NCBI GenBank assembly: GCA_032718475.1
Contig: JAUCBJ010000055.1
Span: 67,051 to 131,050 of the forward strand
Source of the DNA: Nemertoderma westbladi
Taxonomy: Eukaryota > Animalia > Xenacoelomorpha
Reading direction: 5' to 3'
Length of the DNA: 64,000 bases
The translations under genes and the position numbers were made by a program. Below the pieces are notes generated by a model. It ran no database searches. It saw only the letters and a list, made by a program, of their open reading frames with translations, and was not told the origin of the DNA. Shown here in pieces: positions 24,500 through 37,382 of this stretch (position 1 is the first letter of the stretch; each line of letters begins with the position of its first letter).

Positions 24500-25040
24500 T
24501 AGGCCATCGAACTGAACTTAAACCACCTAAGCCCATCACTCATCACGTTTGCGCCTTGGCAAGGCACCACCTACAGGTGAGCGATCGGGCAGAGTTCGAG
24601 ATGGCAGGTAAACTTGTGAGAGAGAAGAGAAGCAGAGGAGAGGGAGGAGGAAGCTAGGGCGCAGAGCTACGGCTTTGAGGAATAAGCAGCCTTAGACGAA
24701 CTTCGTTGGGCTTCGTCAGGGAGTTCGGGGGAGTCTCTAGGGAAAGAACTGGGGTGGACGGTGGGATCACCGAAACAGTCGACGTCGGGATTGCAAGCAA
24801 TGAAGATGATCTTATGGGACGCCACCAGAGGGAGACAACCGGGCCACTCTGAGGGGCCACCTGCGAAACGGTATCGGGCACTAATAACACCAGCGCCCAA
24901 GGAGCCAACAACCGGAATCAGCAGGGAGGTGGCGGCGAGAGTCCGAAAGCAGAAAGCGGATCCCAGAGGAGCGGTGGTGACCAAGAAACGACCCAGGGAA
25001 GAGGACGCCAGGGGGAACTATCCTCAGAGGAACAGATAGG
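24500..25040 (+). pseudogene. Internally deleted relic of ORF2 in B
   Basis: CALARHHL matches A 28337-28666. It then jumps to A ~40620 (EEARAQSYGFEE) and to A ~41755 (DATRGRQ.GHSEGPP). Confidence 0.75.
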
Positions 25041-25710
25041 TTCCCAGGGCCGGGGGAGAGAAACTGGGACTTGGACGTGGTACGCCTGGAAGGCGCCGCG
25101 TGGGACGTACGAACTATTAAGTACAAATCTAATTAATGCAAATAATCACATAAGTGCAATTTGTATGTACGTACGTAGTGATTAGTAATCTAGAATATAT
25201 ACGCTCGAAGTAAGTACTATAGTCATACAACCTTTCTCAATTAGCTACTGGGACTGGGGGGTAAACTGACTATGGCACTATGGACGAGACACCAGACAAT
25301 TTCACACTTCTTGAGTGCGACGGCACGAGAGGGGGGGAGATTTGTCAGAAGAGATGAGGTAGTCAGAGTGGGATTGAGGGACGGAGTAATGGAGCGAAGT
25401 GCAGAGGGAGTGCGGACGCAATTCTAGTGTGTGGGGGAGGAGAATAAGAGGCTGAGTGAGGGACGAGGAGGTCCGAGTGTATGAGAGTGTTAGGATGAGA
25501 GTGAAGAAGAGATAGGGCGGAAGTGTTGGGGAAACAAAAGTTGCGTGAGAGGTGAGCGCGATCGGCCCGACATGAGACGCCAGGCACACAGGGTAGCGTT
25601 ATCATACCCATAGGGGGTGGCCTGGAAAGCCGGCTCCGAGAGAAAAGAATTCCACCCCACACCCGATACTAGATCGGGATCCAGCGGGATTGTAGCGCAC
25701 TTTTTGGTTG

Positions 25711-25748
25711 ATGCTATCTTCTTACCGGGAAGATAGCATGGGGGGGAG
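25711..25748 (+). promoter_or_regulatory. 11-bp hairpin plus polypurine tract of B
   Basis: ATGCTATCTTC-7nt-GAAGATAGCAT, then GGGGGGGAG directly before the LTR TG. Confidence 0.85.
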
Positions 25749-26293
25749 TGTTAGCTTATTCAATCCCGCTAACACCACATAAAGTTATAAGCCGATAAGC
25801 AATATTGGGAGCCACGAGATTGGGTAATTAGCCAACTCGTGCCATCCCAATAAGAATGGGAAGGAAACACACAACGAGGGTCAGGGGCCAAACCCCTAAC
25901 CCAGAGAGAATAGGTGGAGTGAACGAGAACACTCCAAAGGGCGCCAACAAGGGTATCAACCAATCAGAGGGGGGAAAGGCATCGATTAGGTAGAGTAACA
26001 AGGCCAACCGTGCAATATAGCCACTTGGCAGTAATCATATCAATTCAGTTATCTCAGTGCAATACCGGTGCTAGATTAGGTTACATAGTTTAGCTAGGGA
26101 AGGACCAGGACTTTAGTTACCGTATCCCGCCTTCCGTATACGACAATATTATCTCATATCTATATCTATATCTATATCTGCATACCCGAATATTATATAC
26201 GACAAACAGCACAAACTCATTCACTCTTTATACACGGCGGGGATGCGTGAACTAACAACGGATAAACCGGGATCCCTCTTGGATCCCGTCACA
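25749..26293 (+). repeat. 3' LTR of B
   Basis: Direct repeat of 16923-17466, followed by TSD GTCTC. Confidence 0.97.
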
Positions 26294-26298
26294 GTCTC

Positions 26299-28337
26299 CA
26301 GTATCAAAGTAAACGTCGTCGTCTTCCGACTCTTCATCCGACGATCCTGATTGTTCTGAGAAGCAATCTCTAATGTGCGTCACGAAGGTCGGTGTTATTT
26401 TCGACTCTCGACCCTTATATGCTGTGTTGCATCTTGCTGCCGCTTCCGGGTGTTCCCTGGTGAAGCGTTTGGTCGGCGTATGACTGTTTGTGTGGAGCAA
26501 ACCGTCATGGTTGCGTCCACAGGAAGGACAGGTGTCTGTATTTGGGCAGTCTTTACGGATATGTCCATGTAGCGTACACCGCCAACAAGAGTCCAATGGC
26601 CGTATTTGCAGTCGTCGTTCCTCTGAATTCAATTCGCGGAATAGTCGACATCCTCTTAGTTTATGGCTAGTATGTCGTTTACCTAGCCGTTCGCAATATT
26701 GGCAACCGCTAAAGTCTGTGCTCAGTTGCTGTCGGGTCTGTTTGGTTCCAATCGGTGCGGATACCTTATTACCGTCCGAAAATTGTTGGGTGTCGGTCGA
26801 CGTGGCGTAAGTGGCCGTCTTGGTGGATGTTGTTTGGGGTTTTTGTCGGTTCGAGGATGGTAAGGTTGTTCCTTCCGCCACAATATGTTGGTCCGTGTAG
26901 TTCGAACGCGTCTCGACTACTGCCTCTCTAGATATCAGTAAGTAGACGTCTTCCAACTTCAAGAATCCGCCTCTCTCTTCTCGCTGATATTCTATCTTTC
27001 GCCACTCCCGACGAAGTCGATGGTGTAATCTTCCTATTATTTTCAATAGGACTGTCGGAGTGTTCGCGTAGTCAAGTTGTCCAATCGAGCGTAGTGTAGT
27101 AATGGCGTTCTTAATCTCGTCAGCTAATTTCAGTAAGTCAACGGGTTTTGTTATAGCCCCCCCTTACAGAGTTCTTCTATCACTGACTTAGCCATGCTTA
27201 CGGTGCCTCCGTAAATCGAAGTTAAGCGATCGTACGCTAGTTCGAAGGCGTCTGGTACACCGACAAAGGTCTCCGCTAGACGTTTCGGTTCTCCCGTCAG
27301 CGTTTGTAGCAGGTAGTTGAATTTCTCCCTCGATGTAAAGGCGCACGCTGCTATTTGGGTTTCGATGTAGTCCACAAAGGTGTGCCAATGTTTCGAGTTA
27401 CCGGAAAACTTAGGTAGTTGTTGCACCAGTAATCCTTGTCTGGCTGCGAATTTCGCTATCTCCTCGGCCACGTTCAAAGTTTCGCGTCCTTCGTTGGCAA
27501 TCGAGTTGATGTTTTCTCGTCTTGGCACTTTTCCTTGATACGAGGTGTTTCTCGAGGGTTGTTTTCTTTGCTGCTTCGGGTGTCTAGAGTGTTCGAACTC
27601 GGTACCTCGCGAACTATCAGTTTGAGTTTCCTCTAAACGTTCCTCTATCTGGGCCAACTTGTCTACAACTGGGCGCATTATTTCGGCGAGTTGTTGCATA
27701 CTAATTGCGTCCGTTGGTTGTAACGCCTTCTGTGTTGGTGTATTTTGTGGAGGATTATCGATAAAGGAGTTATCTGAACGCTCACCTTTATATTCGTCGG
27801 CCGCTCCTGTTCTAAATACCTCACGTTTCGGGTAATCCGATTCACTCGAAGTACTACTGTCACCTGGATACGGTGGTCGACGTGCTCGCGTCCGTTGTGC
27901 TGTCTGAATCCTAACATTCCGTTTTGGAACATCGTCTACTGGGTTCCGTCGTTCGGTAGGCTCGCAAGTCTTCCTCGAAGTCGTAGATTGCGATGTAAAC
28001 TGATTAAACGGTCGCGTATCCACTGGTCTCCGTTGTTCGGTAGGCTCGCAAGTCTTCCTCGAAGTCGTAGATTGCGATGTAAACTGATTAAACGGTTGCG
28101 TATCCACTGGTCTCCGTTGTTCGGTAGGCTCGCAGGTCTTCCTCGAAGTCGTAGATTGCGATGTAAACTGAACCGGTGGTTGAATGACAGCATTTGAATC
28201 TAAAGGCCTTGTAGGCCTAAACGTCATTGGGTACGTGTAATGCATAACGGGTTTTGGCGTCGAAGGTGGACTCACCTGTTTAGTCGTTAGTAGTGCAGGT
28301 CCTGTCAACAAACTACTACGATCTGTAATCGGTGGGT
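26299..28337 (-). pseudogene. gag: D gag, C-terminal part (capsid-like region, three zinc knuckles); one frameshift near 27156
   Basis: LPKFSGNSKHWHTF; CQYC...H...C, CWRCTLHGHIRKDC, CPSCGRNHDGLLH (typical BEL triple knuckle). Three 84-bp repeats at ~27940-28170. Confidence 0.9.
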
Positions 28338-28700
28338 TACTTACCTTGACTTTCAGAATGGGTGATGACGTTGCTCTTGGCGGTGTAAACTTGTCCCCGC
28401 TGTTTGTGCACCTCCCTGAAATGGTCTTGTAGCGCTCGCGCTCCGTGACCTCTCTCTAATTGCTCGTAGTATCCCCTCGTCTTCTCTTCCGGATGCCTCT
28501 TGGTGAAATCCACCAGTATCTCCTTTCCTCCTAACTCCGCCTTTCTCTTCCTGATCAGTTTTCCCACCATTCCGAACTCTCTCACTCGCTCACCTGTAAG
28601 GTGGTGCCTTGCCAAGGCGCAGTACAGATGAGTGATAAGTTTAAGATGGTCTGTGCAGTTCGACAATGGCCTATTTTCTACTTAATTCTGAGTTATAGCC
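28338..28700 (-). pseudogene. A ORF2 N-terminus (inverted segment)
   Basis: ORF 28337-28666 joins in frame to 39865 onward (HSESQGK|YVVKGDEAKF) when the inversion is reversed. Confidence 0.75.
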
Positions 28701-29039
28701 TAAGTTTTCTTACTTAATTCCTAAAGTGCTAAATTGTACCCTAAATTGCAATTTTGTCCGTTACTTTAATTATGTTCCAGAATTTTCTTACTACTGTTAC
28801 CATAATTTGTTAGTTTTCTTATTTTGTTTTAATTTAATTCAATCCTACTATGCTACTACCTACTTATTAATGCCAATGGATTACTCTATTTTGTAATCCA
28901 CATTCTGGCCTACTCTATGGGCTTGTGCAGTACAACAGTATGCGTCGCGTGGCCTACACAATTTGTCCAGCTGTACTCATACGCCCCCCTCTCGCTTCTC
29001 ACTACTAACTAATATCTACATTATACATACCCTTCTACC

Positions 29040-29540
29040 ACTAACTCTTACTATCCGGTACTACGTACCCTCTTACTAACTTCTAACTAACTTCTACCAA
29101 CCGGTACTACGTACCCTCTTACTAACCTCTAACTCTATCTAACTAACTAACAGTACTACGTACCATCTAACTCTTACTCTCTCTAACTAACTAATGGTAC
29201 TACGTACCCTCTAAATCTTACTCTCTCTAACTAACTAACTAATGGTACTACGTACCCTCTAACTCTTACTCTCTCTAACTAACTAACGGTACTACGTACC
29301 CTCTAACTCTTACTCTCTCTAACTAACTAACGGTACGACGTACCCTCTAAATCTTACTTTCTCTAACTAACTAACGGTACTACGTACCCTCTAAGTCTTA
29401 CTCTCTCTAACTAACTAACGGTACTACGTACCCTCTAACTACTAACTCTCTACCTAACGGTACTACGTACCTTCTAACTACTAACTCTCTACCTAACCGT
29501 ACTACGTACCTTCTAACTACTAACTAACTAACTAACTTCC
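29040..29540 (-). repeat. Tandem array between pol and ORF2 of A
   Basis: ggtactacgtaccctctaactcttactctctctaactaactaac repeated about 12 times. Confidence 0.9.
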
Positions 29541-29681
29541 ATCTGCCTACTTACTCTTTCTTTATTTTATTTATTATTTTTATTATTTTTATGTGTGGGA
29601 AGGGCGTCTCGCCCTCAATCCCACCCCCCTCAGTCCAAAACTTGGACGACTAAACACCACTAAACTTCACTCTAATTCAAC

Positions 29682-32600
29682 TTAAGGTGCTCCCTCTAGA
29701 AGACAGCACTTCCCTACAGCCCTCCTATAGGTTTTATTGTCTTTCGCACCTATCTTGCCACCTATCCACACTTCTACCGATCGGACTCTTCCATCCTCAT
29801 CGGAGTAAGTGCCCACAACTCTCACCAACCGCCATTGGTTGTTGATGATGGTATCGTCAGTGACGATCACAAGATCACCCTTCTTTAGCTCTCTATTCGT
29901 GTTCCTCCACTTACTTCTTCTATGTAGTGTGGGCAGATATTCCTCGACCCACCTCTTCCAGTACTCTGCGCTTATCGCCTTAGCAACTTTCCAACTCTGT
30001 CGGGAGTGTATATCGTCTGGGTCTACACCCCGCATGTCGATTGTCGCTGGCCTTTCCATTAGAAAGTTACTGGGCGTCAGCACGTCTAATGACTCAGGGT
30101 CATCATTTTCTAGATATAGCGGTCTGCTATTAATGATACCCTCACACTTCGCTAGTACTGTCCTTAGTACGTCCTCCATAACCATGTGGGTGTTCATCAA
30201 CTTCGTCATCAGACGCTTGGAAATCCTATCCCACTTCACCTGTTGTCTTCTCATGGCTGCCCTGACTTCTTCCCCTTCCAGGATATCCAAGGCCTCTGCC
30301 ATCTTGTTCTCCGCCCCCACAAAGTTGGTCCCATTGTCAGAATATATTACTGTGATCGTACCACCTTTGCGGTCTCTAAACCTTTCTAGAGCATTAATGA
30401 ATGCTGATGCGGTTGCATCCTGGGCGAGTTCTATCCCTACCGCCCGCGTGTTGTTACATACGAATATAATGCTGTAGCGTTTCTCAGTGTGTCGCATCAC
30501 CTTAAACTTTATTGGCCCGAACATATCCACACCGCAATGCGTAAATGGCGGGTCATGTTGCCTTACCCTACTCGCCGGTAGTGGTGCCATCTCCTGTATG
30601 GCTCGCTCCTTCTTTGCTCATCGGCAGGTCTGGCACTGCCCCACTACCGCCTTTACCTTCTTCCTCAGCTGTTTGACCCAAAAGGTCCTCCGTATCTCCG
30701 TGAGGGTTCGGTTGGTACCCCCGTGCAATATCGACTTGTGGGAGTCCCATATAATCTGATGGACTATCGGCGATCCAGTAGGTATGATGATGGGCTTTGG
30801 CGGTATTACAATACTGTTGTTATTCAGTACCCTAGAGTTCATTACTAGGATCCCGTCATCATTAAGTTGTGGTGATAGCGTGATCAGCTCGCTGTCCCGT
30901 CGGAGATGCTGTTGTTTACTGACGCGTTCCACCTCGTCGCCGTAGTTCTTTCTCTGCTTGTAGCAGATGATTGCCTTGGCCGCTCCTTCCAGATCGATGG
31001 TTGTCCTGATTTTTACGTCCTTGCCGACTCCCTTGAGGAAATCCCCAAAGGCTCTCCAGTAAGCCACTAACTTCTTGGTCTTGTACCAACTAGAGCTGTA
31101 GCTAAAGAGTTTGTCCATTGGGTTATCGCACAGTTCTTCCGGTTTCGGTTGCACGTCCCTTATCTCCCTCACCATTTGACTATATATCTCCTCACCTTCT
31201 GAATCTACTCCCTCCTCCTCTAATGCTACTTGTTCTGCGCCCGGGTCCATTGGCGGCCAGGCCTCCTTATTGTTCAGAAACTGTGGCCCGTGTTGCCACA
31301 ATACTTCCTTTTTTAAGAAAGTGTGGCGTGCCACGCTCCTTGATAACAAGTCCGCTGGGTTCTCGACCGTTGGGCAGTAGTGCCACCTTTCTAGCTCTGT
31401 GGTCGCCCTTCTTTCGTCTACCCTATTTGCGACGAATATAGGGTATCTCGTCCTTTCGTTATGTGGCCAACCAAGCACTACCATGGAATCCGTCCAGTAG
31501 TGTGTCTCCACTATGTTGGGAATAGCGTCCATTAAGTAGACTGTGGCCCAAACTCCTAGCCTCGCAGCTGTCAATTCGAGTTTGGGAACCAACGCTGAAT
31601 CTGGTGGTGTCGACTTTGCCTTGCTGAAGGCGAGCCTGGGCTTGTGTGCCCCCTATCGTTGTACTAAATAGAGTGCCGCTCCGTATGCCTCTAATGACGC
31701 ATCGGAGAACATGTGCAGATCCAGATTCGTCATGTCCCCATCCGGGAAATACACTTGTGGCATGCTGTATGTTCCCATCTGCTCCAAACTCTCTGTCCAT
31801 TTACACCACTGTTTCCAGATCTCTTCTGGTACCTCTGCGTCCCACTCGTCCTTCAATTTGTACACTCTTTTGAGTATCTGTTTTCCTGTGACTAGTAATG
31901 GGGATGCTAGGCCTAGGAGATCGTATATCCTCGCTATATACGACACATAGCCCCTTTTCGTGTGGATGTCTGCGCCCTCCTGGCTTAATTGGTACTTCAG
32001 CTCGTCTGTCTCTTTGTTCCACACGATCCCCAGTGCCTTCTGTTGGGACTCTAAACGTTTGGTCGCCATGTCCTGCCCCTTGGCTGTCGTGGGATTATCC
32101 ATGGTCGATCCTGGCTTCTCAAGTTTTATCGCCTCGATAAATTCCTCCAAACTGGATTGGAATTTGGTTAGGTTAAAGCCGGATCCTTTAAGGATGTCGC
32201 GAACCTCGCGCCCTGTGTCCAGTAGCCCCTTAACCATCTTCCCAGACTCCATCCCGTCATCTACGTAGAAGCCGCGTTGAATCATATCCACGGCCCTAGC
32301 ACTGTATTTATCTTCCTTCCCCTCTACTGTATCTCTCACGGCTATAGTCGTCGTAAACGAAGACGACTTGGCTCCCATATTCTGTACTACCATCTTGTAC
32401 ATCGGTATAGTAGACGGTTCCTCGTCGCCGTCGTACCATAGGAAGCGTTGGCTGTCTCTATCCTCTTTGTCACACGGCCTTGGTTGAACATGCCTTCTAT
32501 GTCACAGGTGAAGGCGTGTTTCCCGTTCCTGAATCTAAGTAGGACCTTGATCCCTGAGTTGTAGATATTGGGACCCTCCAGCAGATAATAGTTTAGGCAT

Positions 32601-35388
32601 TTGCCGTTTGTTTTAGCCGATGCGTCAACTACCATCCGCAGTTTACCTTTCTTTGGGTCTAGAGCCAAAGAGCCTTAGAGCAAAAGAAAGCCTTTCTCGA
32701 CGTACTTCCTAATCGTCCTGTGGATGTACTCATTCTTCTCGGGGCTCCGTTTTAGTGTCTGCTTCAACTTACAAAGCCTCGTAAGTACCATCCCTCTATT
32801 GTCGGGTAGCAGTAGCTTCGGTAGTTTCCATACCATCCCTATGGTATACCGCCCCTCGTCGCATCTCATCGACTCCTTTACACTCTGTAGAGCCTGCTCG
32901 TCTTCTACCGAGGTTCTGACCCCGGTTTCTTTTAGTCCCTCAAAATCCTGCCTGAGCAGTCTCTTGAGTTGCTCCTCCGCTCCCTCATCCTCCATATCTT
33001 GCATAGTTCCCGCAAACATGTAGCCTGATGTCTCCGACATCCTAAAGGGTATTTTACTCTTAATTGGGCCGCTCAGCGTCCACCAGAATGGTGTTAGAAT
33101 CGCCACCGGGTCACACTGCCTGTCTTTGCCGAAGACCATTTGCATTCTCTCGTGGGCCGTTGGGCAGTCCATTCCTACTATGATGGATACCTTCCTAACT
33201 TCCACCTCTGGGATTGAGAAATTGATACTGTCCAGGAATCTGTATTGTTTGACCTCGATGTTGGTTGGTTGCCTGGCGTTGAAGTTTATCGATTCTATTA
33301 CCTGGATTGGGTCGATGGTCGCCCCATAGTCACATCCCGGTGCCACCACTGCTATCGCGCACCGTCCGGTCCTCATCTCCAGGACCTCATCTCTGCTGGA
33401 GATGGTTGTTACTGCCATTCTACTTGGCCTCGTTCTCAATCCTATCTCTTCGGCCACCCAATTCTCGATTAATGTGAAGGCAGCTCCACTATCGACCAGC
33501 ATCAGTGTGGTCACTGATCGATTGCCTTCTCCAATCACTCGCACTGGTACTACCCCGAGTAGTACCATTCCTCTCTTCTTTGCTCCCACGGTGCTCGTTG
33601 CCATTGTCTGACCCTTACTTTGACCGAACTTAAACGGCATTTCCTCGCATTGTTTAGCTCTATGTCCACTCATCACACATCGCGAGCAGATTTAATTTAT
33701 TCTCGCGTACCTGAACTTCTCTGGGTAGCGCTTGCCAGTACCTGCAGTTCATGGTCTGATGAAGTGCATTTGTATGTAGTTGGCATTTGCTCTTTGGGTA
33801 GTAGCCATCCTTATACAGTGCGTTACGTATAGCAGTTGAGTTAGTACCAAAGTCCCCACTATTCTTATTGTTTGGGTTTGGCCTACTGGGCGCGCTGGGG
33901 TTGTGTTTATTTGTGTTGTTATTTTTCCCCTGTCCGCTCCATGATGTGGTCTTACCCCTGGCTACCTGTGGACTGGCAGTCCCCTGCATCGCTGCGTATG
34001 GCAGTGACTGTCTGAGCTTTGGCAATGCGTTTGACGCGTTGTGTTCTGGTTTCGGTCTATGGTAATCAGTCTTTGGTCCTTTTCCCAGGCTATCCTCGCT
34101 ATAGACTGGGTCCGTTATTAGTTCAGCTTAATAGTTTAAGAAGCTCGACATCTCTTCTAAACCCGGTTCCGCACCCTTCCTATCTCGAGTGGAGAAAGCG
34201 ATCTTTGTCCACTTATTGCGCAGCCAAATCGGTTGTGCCTGCGCTATCGTAGTGATGTTGTTAGACACGTTGAGTTCGTATGGCGCATCCAGTGTCTTTA
34301 GTACGATTAGCGCCTTCTCAACTTTGTTAGCAAATGTCTTTATGCTAACAGGGTTATCCTGTAGGCTACCTGATGTTATGCCTCTCAGGGTTTGCCGGAT
34401 GATCTTGGCTGGGTGCCCGTATTCCCTGTCTAACGCCCGCCATGCCGTTGTGAAGCCACCCTCGATTCCCTGGTATTGCCTCACGATGTCATATGCTGGG
34501 CCTCCTATATACACTTGTAGATACTTTAGGCACTCCACCTGCGTCAAATTCTTTGTTAATATTTTATTACTATACATGCGCCGAAACTGTAGGTATTCTT
34601 CAGGCCTACTTCCATCGAATTTGAATGGTTCCACGGGTGGTAGCTCGATCCTGGTTTTTAATGCATCGATTAATGTGGCCATTCCCATTGCTTGCGCTTC
34701 CAATGGGTTCAATGGATGCTGTATAGGATGTTCTTGCACCTATTGGGGTATATTGTTGATATCGTGATAGGGGAATGTCACCCTGTCCCCCCCCCCCCCC
34801 CCCCCCCACCTGTATGTTTGGAACTGGGGTTGATGTTAATATATTGGGGCCCACGCCTCTATCCGCAATAATTCTCCCCTCCCCTGGGTATATGTTATGT
34901 CCCTGCATGCTGTAGTCATACTGCTGTGCTGGTACCGGTATAGGCCTATCAACTTCTGGCCTACCTGCCGGTATGTACTCCGCGACTTCCGGGTTTAATC
35001 CCGTCGTCCGCGCTATCCTATCGCCTACGTTATCTCTCCCAGCATGGCCTATAGTATGTGCAGTAAGGCCTACAGTATGTCCTGCAGTCTGTATGTGCCG
35101 CTCGGGATCAAAGTTTAATCTTCTCGAATAATCCTCCCCGCGGCTACCATAATCTCGATTGGCAGGTATATCCCGTCAGAAAATTTCTCTTCGACCCCCT
35201 CCACTACTCTCGTCCTTGTGCCGGTACATTACGTACCCCTCTCTCAGTGCGTATTGCGCCTTGTCAGGTCGCGTTTCTCCGGGACGACGGCAATCTCCCG
35301 AAGTTCGACCCCATTGACTTTCCGTTTCCACCTCGACTACCGACGGCTCTTTATCCGTCCTCGCTCTCCTGTCGTTCTTGACGACACT
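29682..35388 (-). pseudogene. pol: A gag-pol remainder (gag core, PR, RT, RH, IN); multiple frameshifts and deletions
   Basis: PFKFDGS gag; LVDSGA; GFYVDDG; LHMFSDAS; VPKLELTAA; HKSILHGG...CQTC; GVDMFGP; YSDNGTNF. Confidence 0.95.
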
Positions 35389-35516
35389 TATAGAATTATA
35401 TTCTCTAAACGCCGTGGATTTTCAAAATTTTATTTTATTCGAATTAACTTTGTTAAAAGATTACATTAAGTCCTCATTTGTATTACTATATCTATTTGTA
35501 CGATGATTATTCAAGT

Positions 35517-35601
35517 GGTTCAGTAGCTCAGTCGGTAGAGCGTTGGATATTATATGTAGTGTGTATTGAGTTCGAATCCTAGTAGGTGCGAATTATTTTT
35601 T
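35517..35601 (+). ncRNA. tRNA-derived Pol III-type unit inside D LTR (copy 2)
   Basis: GGTTCAGTAGCTCAGTCGGTAGAGCG...GAGTTCGAATCC...TTTTTT. Confidence 0.55.
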
Positions 35602-35666
35602 GTGCAGAGTTCAACTCATTTAAATTGACCGCTACAGATTAATTGCATTTGCTCGAAGTAAGATTA

Positions 35667-35855
35667 CTACTACTAGGATCGGCGTGCTGCATTGCAGCTG
35701 CATTTTTAAGAATGCTGTGCCGGCTTGTCAACAAAATTGCACCGCCACAACTCCCTATCACCCATGACATTTGCTAGATCATCCGCATCTTTAAGGCCAG
35801 TGTCCTTTAAGATGCGTCTCAAGAAAGTCATGGGCTGTCCACCATGCTTATATGC
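35667..35855 (-). mobile_element. 5'-truncated RTE LINE, 189 bp, with (TAG)n tail
   Basis: 11-bp TSD AAGTAAGATTA at 35656-35666 and 35856-35866. Absent from the other D LTR. Encodes an RTE-like C-terminus (TFLRRILKDTGL...MGDRELWR). Confidence 0.85.
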
Positions 35856-37382
35856 AAGTAAGATTAACCAATGAGATTGTAGTTATTAGATTGTAACCAA
35901 TGTCGTGCAAGTTATATATTCGCTGGACCAATAGTTATCTTTAAAAACCTATTAGAACTCATAGAACAATCGAGAATTTTCTCGATTGATTGCAGCACAA
36001 ATTTGCTATAAAAGGGTGCGATTTGTTCATTAGTTATCTCTCAGTTATATCTATCTTTATATCTCTCAGTATATCTTCTGTAATAAAGTCAGAATTATCG
36101 CTAATCTGCCCTTTTTCTATCTGTTTTACTATGCTTCACCACGGTGAACTCAACTGAGGGACAGGATGGCTGGCTAGACATTGGGCCACAGCAATGAACG
36201 AGAACATCTAAGGAATGTAGACAGGAGACAACCCGCAATATCACTCTTAGTTATTCGCCCATCGCCTGAAAGGTTAGACAGCGTTCGATGCCTTGCTACC
36301 TAAGTATAAGACCAAAGATCGAAGGTAGAGGTAGTGACACGCTGTGCGCCAAAAATTACTTCTAGGAATTGTACTGTTTTAATTCAGGAAAAAACCGCAG
36401 TAGACCTTCATACTCCGGTACAAGGCATACACATTGGTAGGGTGCAGCAAACTGTACGCCTAACTCTTGCTAAGTGCAGGTGCGTCTGTGACTATTTGTA
36501 GTACAACGGTGTCCATTGCATTAGAACTTGTAGGCCAGGAGGGTTACTGTGTTTTACCTGAATTAGGATTGTACCGTTCAGGCGGTAGGGCAGTTTACGA
36601 CTAGGCGCAAATAAATTGAGGCTAATTAGGGATACTAACATCTACCGTGTCCCCGCCGACATCCTGATAGGAAGTTACCAAGCCCACCTAGGTAACCAAA
36701 ATTCTAGATAGGACGCCAGGCTAGCTATTAGTAACAGTACGCCTACTGTAGTAAACTAACATTTCTTCTTAGTATTAGGGACCTGGTAAATTAAATTGCC
36801 GAATTCTGGGCGTAGTATTAACCTTATGCCTGAATTTGAGTCCTGGAAATACATGAAAGGGGAAGGAGCCTTATCATTCGTGAGTATTGGACCTACAAGT
36901 TACAAAATTAGAATATTTGTAAAATGCACACAGTACCCAGTAATTATATATATGAAGGAGCAAAACTGATCTTGATGGTTCAGAATTAACACACGCGAGT
37001 TAGAAATTATTACACCTCAAAATATATAAAATTAACTTTTGTCCGTACTGCGCTTTGCCCGCTAGTTAGGCATCTCCAGATCTCTGCACCTAGCTAGCGT
37101 CCTTTTCGCCCAACCATATAAATCACACCGCGGCAAAGTATACGAGCCCCTTAGTCCGTCAGTGAGTCAGCCTGATTTTAGGATTCGCTGCGCGGGATTT
37201 TGTTTTATCGAAGTTTGTCTGTTCGTAGACTGTTTTCTGCCTCACCGGTTATAAGAGACCGATACTGCAATATATATTCGCTTACTTGGAGTTTACTGTT
37301 TTGGTGAGAAGGTCGGATTTATGATTTGATTCACAAACTCTACAGTAGGATATTGCAGGTATTGTTACTGTCTCTTCGAATA

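Larger units (their letters stand above)
16923..26293 (+). mobile_element. BEL/Pao non-autonomous element B (gag-protease only); youngest insertion
   Basis: LTRs 16923-17466 and 25749-26293 differ by about 4 substitutions and 1 indel. TSD GTCTC at 16918-16922 and 26294-26298. Removing B restores the D reading frame (YFDTGD|EQPSIA). Confidence 0.95.
35389..37382 (+). repeat. 5' LTR of D (carries a 189-bp RTE insertion and a 54-bp deletion)
   Basis: TATAGAATT...TTCGAATA. TATAAAA at 36007-36013, initiator-like TTAGTT/TCAGTT at ~36030-36046, AATAAA at 36082. Confidence 0.9.

Noticed and set aside
35517-35601. Functional tRNA gene, or the primer for element D
   Set aside because: No acceptor or anticodon stem, and its 3' end is not complementary to the PBS-position sequence.
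4862-37382. Giant DNA transposon (Polinton/foldback) with 1.9-kb TIRs
   Set aside because: The inverted repeats are the two D LTRs, turned by the 28338-39864 inversion. The TSD and reading frames confirm this.
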